Both the position numbers and the translations under genes were made by a program. Positions 18,100-29,427 of a stretch of DNA of 64,000 nt are shown here, in pieces. Location of the stretch: NCBI GenBank assembly GCA_037190965.1, contig JBBCKI010000034.1, positions 32,001-96,000 of the forward strand, given 5' to 3'. The notes under the pieces were generated by a model that was given only the letters and a program-made list of their open reading frames with translations, did not search any database and was not told the DNA's origin. Within the stretch, counting starts at the first letter, position 1. Every line of letters begins with the position of its first letter. This DNA comes from Chthoniobacteraceae bacterium (GTDB lineage Bacteria > Verrucomicrobiota > Verrucomicrobiia > Chthoniobacterales > Chthoniobacteraceae).

Positions 18100-18201
18100 A
18101 ATTCTACCCGCGCCACCTCGAATCCCGCCGCGAGTGACGCGCTTGAAGCCGGAGGCGGGTCGAAACGCCATCGCATCGACTGAATCCCCCATCGAGAAAA
18201 T

Positions 18202-20874
18202 ATGAAGACGAACTCCCCTAAATCGTTCCGCGTGGCTGCCGCGGCGCTCGCAACAGCCCTTCTGGCAGGCTCCCCATCGATTCCCTCTGCGCGTGCCGCA
18301 ACGGTCGATTGGAATGGTGCCAACGCAACTTGGGCTACCGGCGCCAATTGGACTGGAGGAGTTGCTCCCGCTAATGACCTGACCAGCGACATTGCCCGTT
18401 TCAACCTGGCGAGTTACACGGCGATGCCAAATGCCGGAAATGCCAACATCAATGGCTTGATCTTCGGGGATGGATCGACCGCGACGGCGGCCATTACTCT
18501 CGGCAGTACCACCAATTTTACGATCGGTTCAAGCGGTATCTTGGTGAACGCCCTTGCAGGGGCCGTTACATTGAACGGTCCTGTCCGCCTGGGAGCCAAC
18601 CAGACTTGGACGAACAACTCAGCAAACGAAATGCTCATCAGTGGGGCGTTGACCAATGCTGGCAATGTTACCCCGTTTACCCTGACTCTCGCCGGTACGG
18701 GCGCTATCAAATTCACGGGGGCTATTAACAACGGTGGGGCCACCGGCACCACGGCGATTGTGGTCGATAAGACGAGCGGCATTGTCAATTTCAGTGGCGC
18801 AAAAGCGTTCACCGGCGGGCTTTTGGTGAAATCCGGGACGGTTTCCGGTGAACTTGGCGTAAATCCATTTGGTACCGGAACCATCACTCTTGGCGATTCC
18901 AGCGGCAGTGCCAATGTCACCCTGATCAATGGAGTGACAAGTACGTACGGCGCTAACACGATTCCGAACACCATTCATGTTGCTGCTGGGAGCACGGGGA
19001 CCATCAAGATTGCGTCCACCCAGGCGGGGGCAATTAGCGGCACAGTCGACCTGGCAAATGATCTCACGCTTTCTACCTTAAGCGCCAACCGTCTTCTGTT
19101 GTCCGGGGGAATCACCGGAACGGGCAACGTTACCCTCATTAACGAGGGCGGAAATTCCACATTTGAGCTTACGGCCAAGAAACTTGATTTCGATGGTTCG
19201 ATCACCAGCCAAAGCGGGGGCAATGTTACCATAACTGGCGGTGTAAGCTCGAAGGTTAAGGGAATCACTAATAATGGCGCAGGATCGGTCCTCATAAGGA
19301 CGACCGGCGTTGAGGTCAACAGTAACGGTAGCACCTTCACGACAAACAGCACTGGTGCAATCCAGTTTGAGACTGCCGTGACGGGCACGGGGAATCTTAA
19401 TCTCGTCCATAATTCCACAAGTGTCGGCAGCGCTGGCATCGTGGGCATCGCCGGAAGCTTCTTTAACGTCGCTGGCGAAATTCTTGTCTCCGGCACGGGT
19501 ATTCTCTCCGGCACGGGTGCCTTTGGCGGGGTTACTCTAGGGGCAGGCACTACAGGGACCGTGGTGGGGTCATCGGTTACAGCGATCCGGCAAAGTGCTT
19601 TATCAAAACTCACGGTTCGGCAGGGTATTATCGTCAATGAGCATGGAACCACCCTCGAAAACAACGGTGGTGGAGTGTTCAGCATTGAAGGGGGGACGAC
19701 AGGTACAGGTGACTTGATTCTCCGGAATAACCGCAACACAATCACATCCGGGACGAGCGGGATATATATCGCCTCCGTCACGACTTCCCTCGGTACTCTT
19801 GATCATGCCGGTGCGATTATCAATTCCGGCACGGGAATTGATAGTGTAGCGCTAAATTATATTATTACATCCAAGGTTACGGAGATCACGCAAAACAGCG
19901 CCACGTCTGAACTGTTGATTGGGGGAAGTAACAGCTTTACGGGAGATGTGAATGTCAATGCCGGGAAGATCACGGTAAGCAACACGAATGCAATCAGGAA
20001 TAGCACCCTCAAGATCGCATCGGGAGCTTCCGCTTCACTCACTGGAGGAATCACGGTAGGGGGCTTATCGGGAGCGGGGGACGTGACGGTGACAGCTTTC
20101 AATAGCATTTCAGTGGGAGCAAACAATCAGGACACTACGTTCTCTGGCTTGATTTCGGGAACTACCATTACTTTGAACAAGGTTGGAACGGGGACCCTCC
20201 AGCTCTCCGGCACCCAAACAGTCACTACTGTGAATGTGAACGGCGGATCTCTTCTGATTAATACAGATTTGGTTGAGGGCTACTCTGCAACGGGTGTCGG
20301 AAACGTCAATGTCAACAATACCGGCTCTTTCGGGGGTATCGGCGTTGTGCGACCAGGCGGCGCAAACAAGATCACCGTTGCCAACGGGGCTTATATTACT
20401 CCTGGCGATAGGACTGTTGGCGGAGATTTTGGAACGCTTGTTCTTGATGGCGGCGGCACGACGGCTGCGCTGCTTACCATGCAGACCGGATCGAAATTCT
20501 CATTCCGGATTGGCGAGGACTTCGCCAGCGACAAAATTGATCTCTGGAACTATGCTGGGTCATCGGACTTTGTTCGGAACAGTACAGTGATTGAGATTAC
20601 CATGGTGGGTAACGTCGCAGAGGGTAGTTACAATCTCTTTAACTTCTATGGAGATAACGGAGAAAATTTTGCCAACCGAGGCTTCACCTCGGGGCTATCT
20701 GTCGTCTTTCTCAATGGTTTAGGGGGCGAGATTGGTGAAGGTTATCTGACTTACGACTACGGACAGATCAACCTGGAGGTGACGTTTGTGCCCGAACCCT
20801 CCACTTGGACACTTGTGGCCGCCTCCTTGCTCGGCGCGGCGGCCTTCCGCCGCCGCTTCAAGCGGGCCGCTTGA
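18202..20874 (+). CDS. PEP-CTERM surface protein with autotransporter-associated beta-strand repeats
   Basis: Signal peptide; G/T/N/S-rich repeats (GSNSFTGDVNVNAGKI, LNKVGTGTLQLSG); C-terminal VPEPSTW, TM segment and RRRFKR. Confidence 0.92.
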   Translation: MKTNSPKSFRVAAAALATALLAGSPSIPSARAATVDWNGANATWATGANWTGGVAPANDLTSDIARFNLASYTAMPNAGNANINGLIFGDGSTATAAITLGSTTNFTIGSSGILVNALAGAVTLNGPVRLGANQTWTNNSANEMLISGALTNAGNVTPFTLTLAGTGAIKFTGAINNGGATGTTAIVVDKTSGIVNFSGAKAFTGGLLVKSGTVSGELGVNPFGTGTITLGDSSGSANVTLINGVTSTYGANTIPNTIHVAAGSTGTIKIASTQAGAISGTVDLANDLTLSTLSANRLLLSGGITGTGNVTLINEGGNSTFELTAKKLDFDGSITSQSGGNVTITGGVSSKVKGITNNGAGSVLIRTTGVEVNSNGSTFTTNSTGAIQFETAVTGTGNLNLVHNSTSVGSAGIVGIAGSFFNVAGEILVSGTGILSGTGAFGGVTLGAGTTGTVVGSSVTAIRQSALSKLTVRQGIIVNEHGTTLENNGGGVFSIEGGTTGTGDLILRNNRNTITSGTSGIYIASVTTSLGTLDHAGAIINSGTGIDSVALNYIITSKVTEITQNSATSELLIGGSNSFTGDVNVNAGKITVSNTNAIRNSTLKIASGASASLTGGITVGGLSGAGDVTVTAFNSISVGANNQDTTFSGLISGTTITLNKVGTGTLQLSGTQTVTTVNVNGGSLLINTDLVEGYSATGVGNVNVNNTGSFGGIGVVRPGGANKITVANGAYITPGDRTVGGDFGTLVLDGGGTTAALLTMQTGSKFSFRIGEDFASDKIDLWNYAGSSDFVRNSTVIEITMVGNVAEGSYNLFNFYGDNGENFANRGFTSGLSVVFLNGLGGEIGEGYLTYDYGQINLEVTFVPEPSTWTLVAASLLGAAAFRRRFKRAA

Positions 20875-20966
20875 TAGAAATTCTTGTTGAATCCAAAAGC
20901 CTACGGGGAATGGCTCTATCTCCCGAGTTACCAGGCTGCTGAATTTTAACATCTCCTGCGGTTTAC

Positions 20967-20992
20967 GGCCGCCCCTCATAGAAGGGGCGGCC
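20967..20992. terminator. Hairpin downstream of the PEP-CTERM gene
   Basis: GGCCGCCCCT-CATAGA-AGGGGCGGCC; no U-tract. Confidence 0.45.
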
Positions 20993-21114
20993 TCCATGAT
21001 AAGCGTCAGGTCATTTATAGGCATGGCGCTCTATGTTCGATGGTACCCTCATGCCTCGATAAAAACTGACAGACTTAACCCCACCTTACCAAAATCAGCA
21101 CCCTCCCAGATATT

Positions 21115-24100
21115 ATGCGAAAGACCAAACGCGCAGCGACAAGAGCTTTTCCCTCGGCCATTTTAGCAGCGGGGATCATGATGGGAAGTTGGGGCACAGC
21201 ATCCTTTGCGGTTGGGCCCAAGGTTTATTTCACGGAAAACTTCCGGAACTATCACGATAAAGCGCCCACGGTGATTGAAGCGGAGGGGATCACAGTCGGT
21301 AACGATCCTGTCTGGACTCAAACGGCAGATATCAACCTCGATCTCAAAAAGGATGCGTTGATTCTCAAGGAGTATTCGCCTTCCCCCACGATCGCTCCCG
21401 ATCTGAAAAATTATGATGTGGTCTTCAAGTTCCGGCTTTGCAAGTCGAGGGTGGCGGAGACTCTCGGCAAATTTGAGCTTCGCCTCCGGCAGCAAATCGG
21501 GGGGAAGCCGGGCGAGATCCGGGTAGCCATCTCGACGGATGAAGTAAAGATCATGGGCGACGGCTCGGCGGCTTCCGTGAAAGGCGAGGCCAAGCTTCCC
21601 TTTACCATCGAGCGCGATCAGTGGCGTACCTGTGTCGTCACGGTGAGAGACGGCAAGATGGCCGTTTTTATCGACGAGGTTCGTGTGATGCAGAAAGTGG
21701 CCGATGTCACGATTCCCTCCGGAGTGGGCGCAGGAATCAATTTCTACGGTTTTACGAATTTCGCTTTCAGCATCTCGGAGATCGAGGTTCGCGAACCCGC
21801 GGCGCTGCCTGACCGTTCGATTGCCAACATCCTTCCTATAGTGCCCAAGGTCGATGCCGCGGCTTTCAAAGCGGGAGGAGCCGTCACAGTTCCCGCCAAT
21901 GACCTTTTTGGCGCAACGGTTCGGACGGGGCTTGAACCCGACGGAGTGCAGATGTCGGTGAAATGGAATGACGGACGGAGCGACGTGATCTCCTTCTCCG
22001 CGGTTGATTTTCGCGATGAACGTCTGACCAAGGAAGACGGAAAGACGGTCAAGAAACCTTACGATTGGCCAAACGCAATTATCCGTGTGACAGGCATCGG
22101 CGACCCCAAGAAGCCGATCAACTATCATATCCGTCCCAAGCTCGGTCGCTACCAGACCAGTTATAGCTATACCGACACCTATCACGACATCACTCGCGAC
22201 TGGGAGAAGCTGCCAGCGGCGAGCGATCATCCTTTGAAGATTGAAGCCCGCAGGAGTCCAAAGGGAGTTGATCTCTACTTGGACGGTTGCTATGCGGGCA
22301 CGCTGGAGGGGAGTGGCGTGAAGGAAATCAACTTTGCGGCAGCCTCGAGCGCTTCCATTGGCCCGGTGTTTTCCCTGAAGACCAAGTACGAAGCCTCAAA
22401 ATTCCTGCCCCTTGATCTTGCCGCTCAGAAAATGGCAAAGTCTTTTGCCGGGGCGAGTTCTTCGGTGCCTGCCGGGCTTTCGGAGTTGAAGGGCATCCCG
22501 ATGTTTGTCGCCACAAGCGAGGAGAGCGCCGACGTCGGGTTGACTCGGGAGGGACAGGGGAACTGGGCGTTGGAGGTGGACGAGTATCTGGCTCGCTCTC
22601 CCTTCGATGGCCTTCTCACCGAAGTTCATTTCACCGTTCCGGGAGGCTCCCCTTATGCGAAAGCCTGGGTGCTGGCGGCGGTCGATCCGGATCCGGCGAA
22701 GGATCCAATCTTCACCACACGAATCGCCAAGTATGTGGAGCACGGCGCAGGCGGCAATCAACTCGCCGACACGGTGATCACCCTCCCGCGCAATGGCGAA
22801 ACCCCGGGAGAGGGGATCACGCCGGTCGGTACCGTTACCAAGACCGACAAGAGCGGCAAAAAGGTGGAGGTGCCTCTTTATCTCGTCGAAGTTCCGCTCA
22901 ATGGCGGCAAGATCATCGACCTGATGATGGATGAGACCTCCTTGAACTTTGAGTTCTTTGGCAAGCCGTGGGAGAATTTTGAGCAGATCGACAACTCGAT
23001 CAAACCCGATCCGAAATCGACGAGCGCAGTTCAGATTTTTGGCGTCACGCTGGAACACGCCCCTGTGGGTCTTGCGTTTATCCAGTCTCAGCCCGCCAAT
23101 ATCTTTCACAATGGCGAGAAACCTGAGACCACGGCGGTGCTGAAGTCTGGCGCCGCTGCCAAGGGCAAGCTGGCCTGGGAGATTCTCGACGTGGATGGAA
23201 AGAAAACGGGCGGCGGATCGAAAGACTTTGCGTTCGCAAAGGCCGGTGAGGAGCAAAAAGTTCTGCTGCCCCTCGATGTTCCGCAGGTGGGATGGTATGA
23301 GTTGCGCGTTTTGATTCAGGATGCCAGCGGTAAGACCGTGTTGACGCATCCGGCCAGCTTCGGGGTGTTGGGCAAAGACGAGCGCAAGGCCAAGTATGAC
23401 TCCCCCTACGGGACCTGGTGGTTCGACGGCGCTCACAAGACTCCAAAGGAGCTTTCCTTCGCCGGGCCTGTCATGTTCAAGGCGGGAATGCGCAAGGCTT
23501 CCTGGACCAAGGCGACCGAGAAGGATATGGCGCAGTGGTACATCACCCGGGGGCAGTTGAACACGCCTCTCGATTTCCCCGATCTCAAAACGCCGGAGAA
23601 ATCCCTTGAGAAGGCGGAGATTGCTTTCAAAAAATTGGTGGAGGCGTACCCGAGCACTCGCGAGGTGGCGATCTTCCATGAGAGCGGCCCGGGTAACGAT
23701 CTTCCCGTGGAATTGTTTGGGCAGAAGCCGCAGCTCACCGAGTGGAGGACGGGCCACGAGAAGAGGTATGCCGATCTTGTTAACCTGAGCGGTGCGTTCT
23801 TCCGGGAAAAATTCCCGCAGATGAAGCTGGTGGTGGGCAATAACAGCGCCTCCCAGTCCGTGATGGCGGCGGTTCTCCGGCACGGAGGAAAGATCGAGTA
23901 CATCGACTATATCGGAATCGAGGCGCCTTCGCAGGTCTACATCCCCGAGAAACTTCAGGAATGGTCTGTGCAGGGAATGCATATTGCCATGGATACCGTC
24001 AAGGCGATCTCTGGCCGTCATGTTCCGGCCACGGGGTGCTATGAGTTTACCTACCGTTCGGAACGGGACATGGGTCAACAGCAGCAGGCAGAATGGTATG

Positions 24101-25242
24101 TGCGCGACATGCTGATCAGCCTGGCTAACAACTTCACGTTGATCTCCCCCGGCATTCTTTTCGATACCAGCAATGCCTATTACAACGGCTTGTGGGGTGG
24201 CAGCGGTGTTCTGGAGAGGGCTCCATACGGGTATCCCAAGAAGTCGTATGTGGCCTATGCCGCGCTCACCAATGTGTTCGATCAGGTGAAACTGCGGCGG
24301 CAGATCCCGACGGGATCAACGACCGTATATGCCGTCGAGTTCGACCGCGCGGATGGCAAGAAGGCCACGGCACTCTGGGCTTCTCGCGGTGACGCTGAGT
24401 TCAATATCGAGTTCGCGGGCGATACGCCGGTGAGAGTGGTCGATATGTACGGGCGTTCTCGCGAAGAGAAGACCGCGGGAGGCAAGTTGGTTGTGAAGGC
24501 TGGTACCTCCCCGGTCTATCTTCTCGCGGGCAAGGAGATTGGAAAGGTCACCCTTGGCAAGCGGTCCTTCCCGAAGGATGAAGCACGGGCGGCATTGGCA
24601 AACGTGGCGGCGCCGCTGGACAATCTCAACGACGTGAAGCTTGATTACGACAACGGGATCGACACGTTGTGGACCGTGCCTCTCCAGACCCCGGTACGCC
24701 AGATTGGCGAGTTCGACCTGCGCGCCGTCAACGACGAGGAGAAAGGTGGGAGTCTCGAACTTGAACTCAAGAAGAAGGGAGATGTTAACAAATACATCAC
24801 CGAGTACGTCACCGTCCGCCTCAACAAGCCGGCCGAAGTCAGCGGGACGCCTGCCGCAATGGGCGTTTGGGTGAAGGGGAATTCGAACTGGGGCCGTGTG
24901 ATGTTCGAGATTGAGGATGCCGATGGTGAAGTCTGGCGTTCGCTGGGAACCACGGGATGGGGATGCGATGTCCTCGACTGGCCGGGCAATATCGCGGTCA
25001 ACTTCGACGGGTGGAACTTCGTGGCGTTGCCGCTGAGGGACACCAAGCTCTTCAATGACCACAGCCCGGGGCCGGTCTCCGAACAGTGGGTGTCCAGCGG
25101 TGGTGACAAAAAGATCGCTTACCCGATCAAAGTAAGAGCCTTGATTGTCGAGATGCATCGGACACCGCTCGACCTCGCCGACTTCAAGCCCGCGACACCG
25201 GTCATTCGCCTGAAAGATGTCAGCGGGGTTTACGAAAAGTAG
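21115..25242 (+). CDS. Large secreted multidomain protein, putative clan GH-A-like glycoside hydrolase (paralog of 31888-35286)
   Basis: Signal peptide; SPYGTWWF, FHES, GCYEF and YPKKSYVAYA; C-terminal WVKGNS/NFDGW beta-sandwich. Confidence 0.6.
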   Translation: MRKTKRAATRAFPSAILAAGIMMGSWGTASFAVGPKVYFTENFRNYHDKAPTVIEAEGITVGNDPVWTQTADINLDLKKDALILKEYSPSPTIAPDLKNYDVVFKFRLCKSRVAETLGKFELRLRQQIGGKPGEIRVAISTDEVKIMGDGSAASVKGEAKLPFTIERDQWRTCVVTVRDGKMAVFIDEVRVMQKVADVTIPSGVGAGINFYGFTNFAFSISEIEVREPAALPDRSIANILPIVPKVDAAAFKAGGAVTVPANDLFGATVRTGLEPDGVQMSVKWNDGRSDVISFSAVDFRDERLTKEDGKTVKKPYDWPNAIIRVTGIGDPKKPINYHIRPKLGRYQTSYSYTDTYHDITRDWEKLPAASDHPLKIEARRSPKGVDLYLDGCYAGTLEGSGVKEINFAAASSASIGPVFSLKTKYEASKFLPLDLAAQKMAKSFAGASSSVPAGLSELKGIPMFVATSEESADVGLTREGQGNWALEVDEYLARSPFDGLLTEVHFTVPGGSPYAKAWVLAAVDPDPAKDPIFTTRIAKYVEHGAGGNQLADTVITLPRNGETPGEGITPVGTVTKTDKSGKKVEVPLYLVEVPLNGGKIIDLMMDETSLNFEFFGKPWENFEQIDNSIKPDPKSTSAVQIFGVTLEHAPVGLAFIQSQPANIFHNGEKPETTAVLKSGAAAKGKLAWEILDVDGKKTGGGSKDFAFAKAGEEQKVLLPLDVPQVGWYELRVLIQDASGKTVLTHPASFGVLGKDERKAKYDSPYGTWWFDGAHKTPKELSFAGPVMFKAGMRKASWTKATEKDMAQWYITRGQLNTPLDFPDLKTPEKSLEKAEIAFKKLVEAYPSTREVAIFHESGPGNDLPVELFGQKPQLTEWRTGHEKRYADLVNLSGAFFREKFPQMKLVVGNNSASQSVMAAVLRHGGKIEYIDYIGIEAPSQVYIPEKLQEWSVQGMHIAMDTVKAISGRHVPATGCYEFTYRSERDMGQQQQAEWYVRDMLISLANNFTLISPGILFDTSNAYYNGLWGGSGVLERAPYGYPKKSYVAYAALTNVFDQVKLRRQIPTGSTTVYAVEFDRADGKKATALWASRGDAEFNIEFAGDTPVRVVDMYGRSREEKTAGGKLVVKAGTSPVYLLAGKEIGKVTLGKRSFPKDEARAALANVAAPLDNLNDVKLDYDNGIDTLWTVPLQTPVRQIGEFDLRAVNDEEKGGSLELELKKKGDVNKYITEYVTVRLNKPAEVSGTPAAMGVWVKGNSNWGRVMFEIEDADGEVWRSLGTTGWGCDVLDWPGNIAVNFDGWNFVALPLRDTKLFNDHSPGPVSEQWVSSGGDKKIAYPIKVRALIVEMHRTPLDLADFKPATPVIRLKDVSGVYEK

Positions 25243-25391
25243 AAAGCCCTGACTCGCAACTTTCTATCAAGCGCTTCCCCCTAACAAACCCAATAACCCC
25301 GGCGCTCTGCCTGGCAGTGGCACTTATCATGCTCCTCGCCCAGCAGAGGCCGGGGGCTTCTTCACCAAAGGAACGATTCCCCACCCCAAAA

Positions 25392-27563
25392 ATGGAACTC
25401 CCGAAATGCGGTATGTGGATAGGCACCGGTGTCTATCCGATGAGCAAAGACTATTTTGTCTCCGGTCTCTACGCTCACCAGGCGTGGACCCCTCAGAACT
25501 ATTCTCCGTTGGAGATGATTGACCTGATCCTTAAGGACAATCAGGGAAATCTCGCTCAAGTCTGGGGCTATGGACGTGGGTACGCACCCGCTACGATTGC
25601 CGAATGGGACTACGCTTTGGATGAAATGGGCATTTCGATTCCTTTTCCGGATTGGGAGAAAGGAACGAACATCCGGAGGCAGGATACGCCGGAACTCGAC
25701 AATCATCGGAATCGCCGCGGGGCGGGAGCGCTTCGTTTCATCCGGGAGGCCGCAAAGAAAGACCTCTACACGCTTTTCATCTACGTCGATGCGAGCAAGG
25801 AGTGGTCGAGCCAGTTCCAGAAGGTCGGCGGCAAGCATTACCTTGGCTACGATTTCGGCGAACGCTTCCACTTTGGCATTACGGACCGCAATTTGGAGGG
25901 GAAGAAGCTTGAGGACGTTACGCTGAAGGTCCTTGCCGACGACTTGGTGGAGCGCGTCAGCAAGCATGTCGACCAGCGCCATGCGGATGGGTGGGGGAAC
26001 GTGATGGCGACCAGCACGAACTTCTACATCGACTACGAGGTTGCCGCCGGGACAGACGTGCCGTTGATTGAAGACTTCGCTTTCGAACATCTCAACATGG
26101 CGTCTGCGCTCTCCCGTGGGCTTTATCGCCAGTATAAGCTACCCCTCTGGGGCTCGCATATGGCTCATGAGCATTACTCATGGATCCCCAACTCCAGCGA
26201 CTTCAAGTTCTTTCTCCTGAAGGCGGGCATGTACCAGAAATACATGGCGGGTTGCAAAATCATCATTAACGAAAGCGGGAACTGGTTCGTGGAGGCCTCG
26301 CTCTGTGAGGACTCGCCCAAGCACGAATTCCCGATCGTTCCCCTCAAGCCGAATGAGGTCTCCTGGGGCGGTCACACGCCTCCAAATTTCATTCCCTATA
26401 TCGAAGAGGCGAGGAAGCATTACCATAAGATCGACTACACCGGAGAGGTTCCACGGAAGTATCGGAAAGAGATTTCGGACTTTTATGATTTTGTAAAAGC
26501 CAACGGAACGCCATCCGGACAGCCCCAATCGACCATCGCGATTGCCAAGGGGAATCTTGATTTGTGCAATCATCGTTACAGCCCCAATGCAGCCGTGGCC
26601 GGGGCATTTGCTCTCGCCGATAAAAACCCCGCGTGGTTTGAAGGCGCTCCGGAACGTGGGTGGGAGATTGTGAAGGAAACCTTCTATCCCCGGCCTCCGG
26701 TCCTCGGGCAGTACCAGAACGCGTTTCTCTCCGGGAATCCGTTTGGAATGGTCGATATTGTCAGCTTCGCGCAGGATAACATCGACGCGGCCTTCCTTGC
26801 GGCAAACTACAAGGCTCTCCTCTTTTCGGGATGGAACACCTCCTCCCTGAAGCAATACGAGATTCTCAAAGCCTATGTCGAAAGCGGCGGGACTCTCTTT
26901 ATTTCGATTCCGCACCTCTCCACCAATGTCTCCCGCAACTACGGCGACTATGGAGTGGATGAGTTGGTCAACGGCGGCGACTTCTCGGCGTTGTGCGGGG
27001 TGAAGGTCAAGAAGCGCGGACGGAGAATCTATTGGGCGACGCCTCCGCGTGGCTCCGAAGCTTTGGGAGTCAAATATCCGCGGCGTTTCGGAATTCTTCA
27101 GAATTGCCTGGGGGAAATCGAAATCACCGATCCCACGGTCGAGGCGCTTATCGTCGACGACGAAGAGGCGGAGCCGCTGCTCTTGCGGCGCAAGCTGGGC
27201 AAGGGGACCGTCTATTTTCTGAACTCCTGGGGATACCCCGGAGCACTGAATGAAGATTTCGGCCCGGGGAGCCGCAGCGATTCAGTCGGGTTGATCGGCA
27301 CGATTTATCGGCATATCGCCAAGGAGGCACGCGGCGATGTCTGGATTACCGACGATCAGCATGATGCCGGCACGGAGTGTCGCTTTATCACGTTTTCCTA
27401 CTTTCCGGAGGACGGAACCATCTGTCTTCTGAACATCGACAACACAAACCCGCACAAGGCTTTTCTGCATCGGTGCGGAAAAGTTGAGCAGTTTGAATTG
27501 CAGCCTGGAGAATTCAGAATCATCAAGAGCAACCAGACCTCGGAAGGAAAAGGGAATCCATGA
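25392..27563 (+). CDS. Cytoplasmic hypothetical protein, GH42-like architecture (paralog of 36391-38562)
   Basis: Start re-called at ATG 25392 by alignment to the paralog; YVESGGTLF and LGKGTVYFLN resemble the GATase-like trimerisation domain; no signal peptide. Confidence 0.55.
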   Translation: MELPKCGMWIGTGVYPMSKDYFVSGLYAHQAWTPQNYSPLEMIDLILKDNQGNLAQVWGYGRGYAPATIAEWDYALDEMGISIPFPDWEKGTNIRRQDTPELDNHRNRRGAGALRFIREAAKKDLYTLFIYVDASKEWSSQFQKVGGKHYLGYDFGERFHFGITDRNLEGKKLEDVTLKVLADDLVERVSKHVDQRHADGWGNVMATSTNFYIDYEVAAGTDVPLIEDFAFEHLNMASALSRGLYRQYKLPLWGSHMAHEHYSWIPNSSDFKFFLLKAGMYQKYMAGCKIIINESGNWFVEASLCEDSPKHEFPIVPLKPNEVSWGGHTPPNFIPYIEEARKHYHKIDYTGEVPRKYRKEISDFYDFVKANGTPSGQPQSTIAIAKGNLDLCNHRYSPNAAVAGAFALADKNPAWFEGAPERGWEIVKETFYPRPPVLGQYQNAFLSGNPFGMVDIVSFAQDNIDAAFLAANYKALLFSGWNTSSLKQYEILKAYVESGGTLFISIPHLSTNVSRNYGDYGVDELVNGGDFSALCGVKVKKRGRRIYWATPPRGSEALGVKYPRRFGILQNCLGEIEITDPTVEALIVDDEEAEPLLLRRKLGKGTVYFLNSWGYPGALNEDFGPGSRSDSVGLIGTIYRHIAKEARGDVWITDDQHDAGTECRFITFSYFPEDGTICLLNIDNTNPHKAFLHRCGKVEQFELQPGEFRIIKSNQTSEGKGNP

Positions 27564-29407
27564 GACACAGCAATCTTCGGTTGGCGATACTAACGGCTGC
27601 ATTTCTGACGAGTTCCCATTGGCCGCTAGCCGCCAAGAGTAAAATCAACTCTGCGGAAGCGCGTGTCCGGAGCGATATTGCGGATAGCAAGGCGAAGCCG
27701 CTTTCGGATCGCTTCGCATATTACACCGTCCCCGCGATGAGCAACGTCAAGCGGACGATGCACACCTATCCCGTGGATGGCACGCTGGGCGGACCGGTGC
27801 GGATCGTCGCCGCCAAGGGCGAGTTCGAACCCGCATCCGTCGTATTCTATCCGTTCGCCAATGCAGGGAAGGTGGAATTGAAAGTAAGCGAGCTGGTCGG
27901 AAAGAATGGGAAGATTCCGGCCTCCGCGCTCGATGTGAAGGTCGTCAAAGTCTGGTACCAGACCGGCACGGCATGGTATAGCTACTTTGCCGACACTGCC
28001 GGGCGTGAACTCGTCCCCGAGTTGCTGCTCAATGACGAGAGTCTCGTCAAAGTGGACCAGAAGACCCAGGACAACTACTTGCGCGTGGACCGGCCCAAAC
28101 CACGGGGGACCGAGTATGTGTGGATCAGCAATCCCATGCGGCTTGAGGTTCCCTTCAATGATCATCTTGAGCCGGTTTCCGATACGCCGACGCTTCAGCC
28201 CTTTGCTTTCACGGCGGGAGAGTTCAAGCAGATCTGGTTCACTCTTGAGGCCCCCGGAGACGCGGAGGGGGCCTATTCCGGCACCATCGCCGTCACGGTG
28301 GACGGCAAGCCGCAGGGGGCGATCCCGTTGGAGGTTGTCGTGCTGCCCTTCGAGCTTCCCGATCCTAAGACCAACTATGATCTTAGCCGGGAATATTATA
28401 CCTGCATCTATAACAACAACTACCTGAAGCTCTACCTCAAGAAGAATGGCGGCGACTTGGAAAAGGCAAAGAAACGCCTTTTCAACGAGTACGTCAATAT
28501 GCGCAAGCATAACCTGCTATATCCGATTCTCGACAATTACGATATGGGAGATGACTCCGTCTTGACGGAGCAGTTGGAGACCTACAAGAAGGCGGGCCTG
28601 AGAACCGACGCAATCTTCGGGGCTGTTCCCGCCATTCCCACCTACGATTGGATGATGTTGCCCGAGGTTCGGAGCAACCCCCTCGACAAACAGCCCGCTC
28701 CTCTCGACCTCTACGCCAGAATGGATCGTTCCGCAGAGATCGTTAAGAAGATCGTGGGGCACAGCAATATTTATGCGTTCGGTTGGGATGAACCGGCGAT
28801 GAACCTCCTGGTTTCCGAGCGGCTGCCCTGGAAGTACCTGCAGGAAAAGGGACTGAAGGTCTATACGACCGGGCATGATGGGCATTTGACCTATGGAGGT
28901 TACAATGAGGACTTCATCAACTATGGGGGAAGATATTCCAAGGAGACCTCGGCCAAATGGCATTCCGTAGGCACCAGGATCACCAACTACGCCGCTCCTC
29001 ATACCGGGCCGGAGAATCCCGATTTCGTTCGTAGAACGCACGGAATGGATACTTATCTGGCGGATTGCGACGGTACCAATAACTACATGCTCAACGGAAG
29101 CCCGTGGAATGATTTCGTGGGCGTGGAATACAATTTCCGGAGTTTCAACATGGTCTACCCGGGTATTGACGCTCCGATCGATACCCTCCAATGGGAAGGC
29201 TATCGTGAGGCGATCGATGACGTCAGGTACGCGACGTTGGTCCGGCAACTGGCCCAGAAAGCCATTGCCACCGGTAAAATTGACAACGTTTATCAGGGGC
29301 GGATGGCGCTCCAATGGCTGGCCGTGCTGGATCCGAAGACTTGCGATCTGAATGCCGCCCGGATGGAGATGATCTCCTATATCCTCAAACTCAAAAGCTT
29401 GCTGTAA
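27560..29407 (+). CDS. Secreted GH123/DUF4091-like glycoside hydrolase (putative N-acetylhexosaminidase)
   Basis: Signal peptide; AAKGEFEPAS, FKQIWFTL, LPFELP, catalytic-type WDEP and C-terminal TLQWEGYREAIDDVRY. Confidence 0.65.
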   Translation: MRHSNLRLAILTAAFLTSSHWPLAAKSKINSAEARVRSDIADSKAKPLSDRFAYYTVPAMSNVKRTMHTYPVDGTLGGPVRIVAAKGEFEPASVVFYPFANAGKVELKVSELVGKNGKIPASALDVKVVKVWYQTGTAWYSYFADTAGRELVPELLLNDESLVKVDQKTQDNYLRVDRPKPRGTEYVWISNPMRLEVPFNDHLEPVSDTPTLQPFAFTAGEFKQIWFTLEAPGDAEGAYSGTIAVTVDGKPQGAIPLEVVVLPFELPDPKTNYDLSREYYTCIYNNNYLKLYLKKNGGDLEKAKKRLFNEYVNMRKHNLLYPILDNYDMGDDSVLTEQLETYKKAGLRTDAIFGAVPAIPTYDWMMLPEVRSNPLDKQPAPLDLYARMDRSAEIVKKIVGHSNIYAFGWDEPAMNLLVSERLPWKYLQEKGLKVYTTGHDGHLTYGGYNEDFINYGGRYSKETSAKWHSVGTRITNYAAPHTGPENPDFVRRTHGMDTYLADCDGTNNYMLNGSPWNDFVGVEYNFRSFNMVYPGIDAPIDTLQWEGYREAIDDVRYATLVRQLAQKAIATGKIDNVYQGRMALQWLAVLDPKTCDLNAARMEMISYILKLKSLL

Positions 29408-29427
29408 ACCACCTGGGTATTTGCACA

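Noticed and set aside
17648..18192. Several short ORFs between cassette D and the PEP-CTERM gene
   Set aside because: They overlap the REPIN-like element and operator sites and have no protein-like features
18202..20874. Classical autotransporter
   Set aside because: Passenger-like repeats are present, but the C-terminus is PEP-CTERM, not a beta-barrel
22396..24078. Long antisense ORF (likewise 35758-37320, 39148-40461, 52299-53801, 61064-62389 and others)
   Set aside because: Shadow frames opposite well-supported genes, expected with GC-rich codon usage; no motifs
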